Assembly (NCBI GenBank): GCA_963705725.1 | Contig: CAVPKM010000018.1 | Coordinates: 4,657 to 68,656 of the forward strand | Direction of reading: 5' to 3' | Source of the DNA: an uncultured Gammaproteobacteria bacterium | GTDB lineage: Bacteria > Pseudomonadota > Gammaproteobacteria > UBA6002 | DNA: 64,000 bases | Part shown: positions 57,754-64,000 of the stretch, in pieces | Layout: each line of letters opens with the position of its first letter | How positions within the stretch are numbered: position 1 is the first letter of the stretch | The notes under the pieces: model-generated | Told to the model about the DNA's origin: nothing | Database searches by the model: none | What the model saw: only the letters and a program-made list of their open reading frames with translations | Made by a program: the position numbers and the translations under genes

Positions 57754-58647
57754 GTGATTCGGAATGCCTTATCATTTACAGCTGTCATTAAAGCAGGCAG
57801 CTTTTCAAAAGCAAGCAAAGTGATTGGGCTTTCAAAAGCTCAATTAAGCCGCCATGTAAGTGAATTAGAAAAACAACTTGGCATCCAATTGTTATATCGC
57901 ACGACAAGAAAGCTTTTGTTAACAGAGTCGGGCAGGATTTTTTTTGAGTCATGCCTTGAAATAGAGAAAAGTTATGACATGGCACTGGATAAAGTCACTA
58001 AAGATAATACTTTAATTAAAGGTCCTTTACGAATAACAGCCCCCATTTCTTTTGGATCTGAGCTTCTGCTTAAGATAATCAATAATTTTGTTAAGAAATA
58101 TCCAAACATTAATATTACACTTTCATTGAATAGCGTAACAGAAGATCTGATTGAGAATAATTATGATATTGCTTTACGAGTTGCATCTGCTTTGCCAAAC
58201 TCAAATCTGCGCATGAAAGTTATTCATCATTTTGATATGGTTTTATGCGCATCTCCAGATTATTTTAAAAATATTAGTCATCCAAATGAGCTTGAAGAAC
58301 TCAAATATTTCAAATTTATTACGCCAGTGAATAGAAACAATGAAGTTAAAAATATTAAATGGCCATTTATCATCAATGAAAAAATTGTTAACTATTCACC
58401 AAATAGCTTAATTCAGGTAGATAGCTTACGAATGCAAATTGAGCTTGTTTTATTAGGTGCTGGTATTGGTAGAGCTCCAAGATTTATGATCAAAAATGAA
58501 TTAGAAGAAAACAAATTAGTAGAAATTCTTGCCCACATAAAACAACCCAAATATCATCTTTACCTTCTTTATCCTAATAGAAAACACTTGCCAAAAAAGA
58601 CAAAAGTTTTTATTGATTTCCTAGCAAACTCTTTAGCTAACATTTAA
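57754..58647 (+). CDS. LysR-family transcriptional regulator
   Basis: N-terminal wHTH (LSFTAVIKAGSFSKASKVIGLSKAQLSRHVSELEKQLGIQLLYRTTRK). C-terminal substrate-binding domain. GTG start. Confidence 0.85.
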   Translation: MIRNALSFTAVIKAGSFSKASKVIGLSKAQLSRHVSELEKQLGIQLLYRTTRKLLLTESGRIFFESCLEIEKSYDMALDKVTKDNTLIKGPLRITAPISFGSELLLKIINNFVKKYPNINITLSLNSVTEDLIENNYDIALRVASALPNSNLRMKVIHHFDMVLCASPDYFKNISHPNELEELKYFKFITPVNRNNEVKNIKWPFIINEKIVNYSPNSLIQVDSLRMQIELVLLGAGIGRAPRFMIKNELEENKLVEILAHIKQPKYHLYLLYPNRKHLPKKTKVFIDFLANSLANI

Positions 58648-59072
58648 AGAATTATGTCGTATTTACAGGATTTCCGGGTGATATTCAATAGGACTGCAAC
58701 ACGCCTGCTATTTTTTATTACCTAAGTAAAATTCGATCCTTCTATTTTCAAAACCTCCCGCGCCGTACTCCAGGAATTCTGGAAGAGCCAATTTTCTGAA
58801 TCACTTTATTCACATTTTTTGAAATCTGCTCATAAATTTATTCGGGCAGCCTAATAGCTTACCAAGATTTTCAATAGGATAGCTATATTCTGACCCCATC
58901 TTTATCAGCATATGGGCAATGAGTTCTTCTGCAGCATAAATACCCTCCTCATCTGAACTAAGAACGTATTCGCCACACCGTTTAAAACCATTCAAATGAA
59001 AAACTGACACAGTTTTTTGAACACTCCCCAACTGCTGATCAAGTCTAAAATTTTACAGCTAATATTTCCATA

Positions 59073-59378
59073 TTATTTAACTACAACTCCTATATTTTGG
59101 AATTCCATAGCTCCAGTAAAATTTATTAAAATTTCTTTCTGCTTTTCTTTAGATACCAGTGTTCCATCATCCCATTTTACGAATGCATTTGAGCTAACTA
59201 TTACACAAAATCTACCGTCTGATAAACGCCCATAATCAACTTTCAATGGATTGGCATTTATTTCCTTCTCGATATTCAATTTTAAATCGGGCAACAGATT
59301 GAACTATAAATCCTTTACTACTTTTTACACCTTGCTTATTTATCCATGTAAACATTTCTAACACTTCTTTTAATTAAT
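59073..59378 (-). pseudogene. Cassette gene c1, frameshifted paralogue of c2 (61243-61551)
   Basis: The C-terminal ORF 59073-59294 (…DGRFCVIVSSNAFVKWDDG…KQKEILINF) aligns to c2 (…DARKWILVSNGIKFELVHDD…SEQLVLEI). The N-terminal part lies in another frame at about 59295-59378 (GFIVQSVARFKIEY ~ VTFSVVNDWDSFDKLVTF). Confidence 0.45.
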
Positions 59379-59520
59379 ATCCAAAATAATACTTTGGCTT
59401 TATATTTAATTCATCTAACCTAAATTATTTCTATTTGCTCGAAGAATATTTCAGTGGCGATTATTTAAATAGTGAAAATTCAAACTAATTCAAATAAGGC
59501 ATCTCTAGGTTTTGATGGAT

Positions 59521-59808
59521 TTAAGAAGCCCAACAAGTTTTATCTGGAAGCTCGCCGTTTTTCCAATGCTTTATTATTGCTAATATTGCTCGCTGGATAT
59601 ACATACCCTTATCTCCTTCCGCAAGCTCCACAATGTCAACATCACCAGTGGTTTTGTTAATTTTAACTCTGCCCCGCACCAATTTTGATATCCCTCTTAA
59701 CCTACCCGCTGCATTTTTAATAGGCTCAGTGGGTAAATTAAATTCGTACACATAATAAACAAAACCTTGCTGGTCAATATCTTTATATAGCTCAATAGAA
59801 AATGCCAT
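59521..59808 (-). CDS. Cassette gene b1, a small protein of unknown family with C-terminal HWxxGExPxKTxWAS
   Basis: 95 aa. Paralogue of b2 (61684-61971) across the full length (roughly one third identical). Its ATG directly follows the TAA of a1. Confidence 0.5.
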   Translation of the reverse strand: MAFSIELYKDIDQQGFVYYVYEFNLPTEPIKNAAGRLRGISKLVRGRVKINKTTGDVDIVELAEGDKGMYIQRAILAIIKHWKNGELPDKTCWAS

Positions 59809-59991
59809 TTATGGCCTCAAGCTCATTGTAGATGTAGTTACAAACTCATCAGGATTCCAAGTCCGACTTGAGAGATTTGAGGCATTATGAGTTATATAAT
59901 CGTTTTTAAATAATATTTCCAACCTAGTTTCGAAATATTCGTGTTGTAATAGCTCGATATCTTGTTTAACAAAATTACCTTTCTGCCTCAT
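59809..59991 (-). CDS. Cassette gene a1, a small protein of unknown function
   Basis: 60 aa. Its C-terminus SSRTWNPDEFVTT aligns with a degraded copy upstream of b2 (TGRIWNLEKFIT). Confidence 0.4.
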   Translation of the reverse strand: MRQKGNFVKQDIELLQHEYFETRLEILFKNDYITHNASNLSSRTWNPDEFVTTSTMSLRP

Positions 59992-60189
59992 GCGTCAGCA
60001 TTTTCTATATATGGAGCAAATCAATTTAGACCGGTAGAAAGCTGATGTACATCAAAAAATAAATGTTGCTTAATACGTTAGATTTTAAAATCTTTCATTA
60101 GCTTCGGTTGCTAACTCTCACAAAGCAGTAAAGCTTGTGAATTAATTTCTTCCAGGCCACTTGGATAGATAATATCAATACTCTTTAAT

Positions 60190-60429
60190 TCATTTTTTAT
60201 TTTCATACCATCCTTCACGAAAAGCCTGATCAGATATTTTTAAAACCCAACTCTGCCCACATTTAATGCATTTATATTGTAACTCAATAAAAGGACTCTT
60301 AGGCTTAATTTCACCTAGCTTAATCAAAATATCTTCTTTTATCAAAACATGAATTCTATTAGCAAATTTTAAATAGATTTCTTCAGTTTTAAATGGACCT
60401 TTTTTTAAATTACAAAATATACAACTCAT
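60190..60429 (-). CDS. Small CxxC...CxxC zinc-ribbon protein (P3), last gene of a three-ORF overlapping operon
   Basis: SCIFCN ... CIKCGQ. Its start overlaps the P2 stop (ATGA). Confidence 0.45.
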   Translation of the reverse strand: MSCIFCNLKKGPFKTEEIYLKFANRIHVLIKEDILIKLGEIKPKSPFIELQYKCIKCGQSWVLKISDQAFREGWYENKK

Positions 60430-60711
60430 TTTTTTAACCTATAAACATACACATCTTCAATCGAAACAGGTTCAATTAAAAATTGTGGCGAATGTCCAGA
60501 ACCTGCATTTGGATATGAATTTGTAAATGGCTCGTAACCAATTTCAACATTATAACCAATCTGTTTTTTTTTGCCTTGCCATGCGGTAATGTACTGTGCG
60601 CCGTCTGCGTTTTGGTTGCTCTCTTGGACCCATATTAATCAGAATGTGAGCTGCTGCTTTTTGAGCTGGACCTAAATCTTCGCATAATAATATGTTAATG
60701 GATTTATTCAT
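60426..60711 (-). pseudogene. Small protein P2, interrupted by a frameshift in a T9 homopolymer (plus-strand 60564-60572). With 8 T it would be a 94-aa protein.
   Basis: Frame A (60550-60711) encodes MNKSINILLCEDLGPAQKAAAHILINMGPREQPKRRRRTVHYRMARQKK... Frame B continues ...KKQIGYNVEIGYEPFTNSYPNAGSGHSPQFLIEPVSIEDVYVYRLKK to the stop at 60426. Its start overlaps the P1 stop. Confidence 0.4.
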
Positions 60712-60988
60712 TCATACATTTCGATAATTTATACCCAAGCTCAGTAAGTTCTGTGCAACGTTTAAATATTGGTTTATCCCAATCCATGCTTTCTAGACAA
60801 AATCTATCTAATAAAATAGTAGCCTTCTCCACACTACCTGAAGTATTTGCATTAATTATATTTTTCAAATAGGTATTAAGATTATTTATCAAATACCATT
60901 CCAAGCTTTCAGTTTGAGGAAATGTATTTTTAAGGTCATTAATATATTGCTTAATTTTACTCATTAATTCTATTTTACTAATATTCAT
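60704..60988 (-). CDS. Small hypothetical protein P1 (94 aa), first gene of the P1-P2-P3 operon
   Basis: ORF with no recognisable domain. Tight overlap with P2. Confidence 0.35.
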   Translation of the reverse strand: MNISKIELMSKIKQYINDLKNTFPQTESLEWYLINNLNTYLKNIINANTSGSVEKATILLDRFCLESMDWDKPIFKRCTELTELGYKLSKCMNE

Positions 60989-61242
60989 AATTAATAACCA
61001 TATTCATAGTATTTCTCGGCATCATTATTTCATTAAATTTATATTGACCTAGTGGTCCTAATAAAAATTTTTGCATTTCCCCTTCAATCAGTCCTGGACT
61101 AAATCTTAACTGTGGAGCAAACTTAACCTTTACATTTGAATTAATACACAATTCTTCATTTAAGAATGCAGGGTCTCATTCTGGTGATGGCACTACCATT
61201 GGTGGTTTAAAAGAGTACCAAAATTATTAAAAACAGCGATAT

Positions 61243-61551
61243 TTATTTATTATTTTGAAGTCTTTGTTCTAAATCAGCAGTAATTTCAAGAACTAGCTGT
61301 TCACTTTCTTCCGTAGGAGCTAAAAAATAATTACCATAAACATCATCGTGGACTAATTCGAACTTAATGCCATTACTTACTAGAATCCACTTTCTAGCAT
61401 CCGGACCATCAGCTTTTGTCAAAGCCTTAGCCGAATAATGACTTTCAACAAAAGTCACCAATTTATCAAAACTATCCCAATCATTAACTACTGAAAAAGT
61501 GACTTCCAAAGGCTTTCCTGCTGTTTTTGTGATCATTCGTTTAATTTTCAT
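61243..61551 (-). CDS. Cassette gene c2 (intact, 102 aa), unknown function
   Basis: Paralogue of the frameshifted c1. Acidic C-terminus. Confidence 0.45.
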   Translation of the reverse strand: MKIKRMITKTAGKPLEVTFSVVNDWDSFDKLVTFVESHYSAKALTKADGPDARKWILVSNGIKFELVHDDVYGNYFLAPTEESEQLVLEITADLEQRLQNNK

Positions 61552-61683
61552 TATTTCCTCTTAGGTGCAAATTATTCGTAAGCCCACAAGCTTCATCTAC
61601 TTTAATATTTGTCCGCTGAGCTATCAGCCACATATCCTCACAAAGTATCATAGGCCTTCTCCACATTATCATCGAATATTTAT

Positions 61684-61971
61684 TCAAGAAGCCCAAGTAG
61701 TTTTCTCTGGAAACTCTCCTGTTAGCCAATGTTTCATTAATGCCCAACTGGCTCTTTTTGCATGGTTGCCTTGATCACCTTCAGCAAATTCAATCACATA
61801 GACATCTCCTTTTAGCTTATCTAGTTTTAAAATTCCTGAGACTAATTTTGATTTAAATCTAATTTTACCGGTAGAAGATTTGTATTGATCCCCAGGAAGC
61901 TTAAATTGATATTTGTAATGAATAAAATACTTGTCTTCTTTCATTTTGATTACCTCCACATAAAATGCCAT
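61684..61971 (-). CDS. Cassette gene b2, paralogue of b1
   Basis: MAFYVEVIK...HWLTGEFPEKTTWAS; start taken at MAF. Upstream of it (about 61972-62090) is a frameshifted a2 remnant (FESRFEGIFKTD / NGLITAHEAANDTGRIWNLEKFITQFGMCWKK). Confidence 0.5.
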   Translation of the reverse strand: MAFYVEVIKMKEDKYFIHYKYQFKLPGDQYKSSTGKIRFKSKLVSGILKLDKLKGDVYVIEFAEGDQGNHAKRASWALMKHWLTGEFPEKTTWAS

Positions 61972-63334
61972 ATTATTTTTTCCAGCACATTCCAAATTGC
62001 GTTATAAATTTTTCTAGATTCCAAATTCTTCCTGTATCATTGGCTGCTTCATGTGCAGTAATTAGTCCGTTTTAAATATACCTTCAAATCTTGATTCAAA
62101 TCTGAGCCAAAAGAAAAATTGCGATGATGCAAGGAATATTAAACACTATCCACACAATTTTCATTTATTACATACTTAACTTCTTTTATATTTATTGGCT
62201 TCTCTATAATAGAAATTTCTAATGGATAGATGTCTAGATTCCTTGAAGACAAGAGTCTATTAATTATCGCTTCTCCTATGACTTTTTTGTCTGAATTTGC
62301 TAAAAAAATAAACTTCTTGGAATTTAGCATTGTTAAATAATCAACACTTACGATTATTATCCATGAATTAAAAACAAATAACATTTCATTTCAGGAATAA
62401 ATATCGACACTTTTTTTTAACATCTCTTCATTATCCCAATTGAATATCTTATGGTGTCTATACATAAAGTCTCTTACATGCCATTCTCTAAAGACAGTTG
62501 TCTCAAAGCTTGTATGTGAATTCCCCAAATTTTAGATTGAACACCATGAAGCAACTCTTCTACAATAGTTAATCTAGGATTTCATTTTAATAATAATTGA
62601 TAAATTATCAGGCCCTCCTGCGGCTGCATCAGCTTTTACCATTTCTAAAAATCTAAGATTATCAGAACCTGGCTGAGAATATAAATATCGCTTTTTTTAA
62701 AAATTAATTCCGTCTAACTTCTAGACCAAGCTGATCGCACCACTTATCCTACATTTAATCAGTTAGCTACCTCTCTTGGCCGTGATGGATTGAAAGACAG
62801 CGTATTAGATTATCCTTATGCCCTTTGCTAAGCGAAGAAATATCAGGCCTAATGAAGGGAAATTTCTAAAATATCTCACTTCGCGTTTAAAATTAAAGAC
62901 GAGATTGTTTAAAAACTAGGTGCTTTATCAAAAGCAAATAATCTGGCTGCAGCAGGCATGCAAGCTACTTCAAAGGATAACAGGGATTCCCGAACTCAAA
63001 CCCTACTACTTGAATATCTTGATTTGGAGCTTAAACAAGAAGTCCTTAGTAGTTATTCTGAAATAAAACATCGGTTAATAAATAAAACTACTTGTCAACA
63101 AGATATTTTATATCTCTATCGCAAATCAAAAAGCGCAACCAAAGTCAAACCAGTTATCTAAAGCAAAGCCTGTACTTTTTCTGAAAACTATATCGGGCAG
63201 CGAAAAGGATATGTACCCAGGCAACGGGTGAAATTCTGGCAAACTCGTCAATAACCTCTTGAGAAGCGCCTTCCTGAATCATTTTCTTATAAACAGTCAG
63301 AACCGGACAAACTACTTAATTAGACATAGATCAC

Positions 63335-64000
63335 CTATAGTTTTGTTTGTAACAAATTTTGGCTCGATAAGCTATTAACTTTTTCTTCTAGAAATTTAGA
63401 GATAGTAGTCCTTTGCTTTCTAAAGCCAGCTTTTCTATCAATTGGATCTAGTTTATCCTCTTCTTTTAAATTCCTATTCATTTCACCAAATATTTCCTTA
63501 AGTTCTTTGTACTGAGCTTCTGACATTGTTATTGCAAAAGGCGCAATAACAAATCTTAAGCCCGTCCGAAATCCATAGGTACTAGATCGTAAACTTGCCC
63601 AACTGTGATATATAAGAGAATCCTGATTTTTAGCCTGATCAAAGTATTCCATGAATAATTTTTTATAATTGGTAGAAATATCCAATTGTTTCATGTTAAG
63701 TGTTAAATCATCTTTCTTATCTGATCTTTTCCATTGGATGACTTCTTCTAATTGATTAATAGAATGCAATAATTCACTGATCTGTGGATTATCCTCATTG
63801 CCTATTTTTAATGGGAACCCAATTGCCATTAATCTTTTTTTATTTGGATTACCTTTATGATTAAATTCAAATACAGTGTGAATTTCGCCATCAAACTTTT
63901 CGCCATCTAAATCATATTCATTCTCTTCACCATCTTTTTCAAAATGAATATGTGTGTGCTGTAAGGTATAGTCAGCGCCGCGGAAATGAACTCGCGTATT
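63335..64000 (-). CDS. Alpha-class carbonic anhydrase-like protein (eukaryotic-type), 5'-partial; the gene starts beyond the window end
   Basis: The frame is open from nt 64000. YTLQHTHIHF...GEENEYDLDGEKFDGEIHTVFEF aligns to the alpha-CA zinc-ligand region SYRLIQFHFHWG...[21 protein letters not shown]. Confidence 0.6.
   Translation of the reverse strand, partial: NTRVHFRGADYTLQHTHIHFEKDGEENEYDLDGEKFDGEIHTVFEFNHKGNPNKKRLMAIGFPLKIGNEDNPQISELLHSINQLEEVIQWKRSDKKDDLTLNMKQLDISTNYKKLFMEYFDQAKNQDSLIYHSWASLRSSTYGFRTGLRFVIAPFAITMSEAQYKELKEIFGEMNRNLKEEDKLDPIDRKAGFRKQRTTISKFLEEKVNSLSSQNLLQTKL

Noticed and set aside
58810-59031. 73-aa minus-strand ORF (MGSVQKTVSVFHLNGF...), considered as a transposase or Fic fragment
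   Set aside because: No diagnostic motif (no HPFx(D/E)GNGR and no DDE spacing) could be read. It is left unannotated as a possible gene remnant.
61541-61747. 68-aa ORF overlapping the 3' end of cassette gene b2
   Set aside because: It overlaps b2 in an alternative frame. The corresponding region in copy 1 is non-coding spacer or the frameshifted c1 N-terminus. It is more likely spurious.

Overview
This 64 kb window looks like part of a low-GC (about 38-40%) gammaproteobacterial chromosome, probably from the order Legionellales. That placement is inferred from gene content and eukaryotic-like genes; it is not a database hit. It has a well-conserved housekeeping backbone followed by a decayed accessory region.

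Backbone, in order:
- A leucine-catabolism supercluster. Leucine dehydrogenase (5'-partial) and the BCKDH E1alpha/E1beta/E2 genes sit at 1-3890. The liu block at 19350-26193 holds isovaleryl-CoA dehydrogenase, a thiolase, methylcrotonyl-CoA carboxylase beta and alpha subunits, and methylglutaconyl-CoA hydratase.
- Between these: an SDR, a GT4 (WecA-like) transferase and a DegT aminotransferase in one operon; purB; a permuted-papain YiiX-like protein; an O-methyltransferase; an orphan tyrosine recombinase translationally coupled to malic enzyme; manC; two DoxX proteins; and pyrD.
- The classical syntenic blocks purF-cvpA-dedD-folC-accD, a GT28 (MurG-like) gene with truA and a short FimV homolog, asd-aroC-prmB, smrB, and ligA-zipA-smc.
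- tRNA-Arg(CCU) at 47615-47688, then a MurU-like nucleotidyltransferase and nadA-nadB-nadC.

Eukaryotic-like genes: an ankyrin-repeat protein, an RNI-type LRR protein, a possible F-box protein and an alpha-carbonic anhydrase. These are typical of effector-rich intracellular Legionellales.

Accessory region (about 52.6-64 kb): AT-rich, low coding density, full of gene remnants. It contains an SDR pseudogene, an ECF-sigma remnant, an IS481-like transposase remnant, small YkoF-like and GlcG-like genes, and a LysR regulator with a perfect T-N11-A palindrome. The most novel content is here:
- A tandem duplication of an uncharacterised three-small-gene cassette (a-b-c), each copy with a different member broken.
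- Between the two copies, an overlapping three-gene small-ORF operon (one ORF split at a T9 tract, one a CxxC zinc-ribbon protein).

Other observations:
- Two core genes, aroC (extra A in an A8 tract) and zipA (missing T in a T4 run), carry single-base homopolymer frameshifts. Genuine pseudogenisation and assembly error cannot be told apart from sequence alone.
- A dispersed intergenic repeat family (core about 5'-TGARCGTTT...TGCTGAAYAGTTAC) occurs at least five times. One composite copy (4763-4915) forms a roughly 150 bp hairpin with a perfect 20 bp stem.
- Truncated SDR gene fragments flank the nadABC operon on both sides.

No CRISPR array, rRNA or intact mobile element was found.
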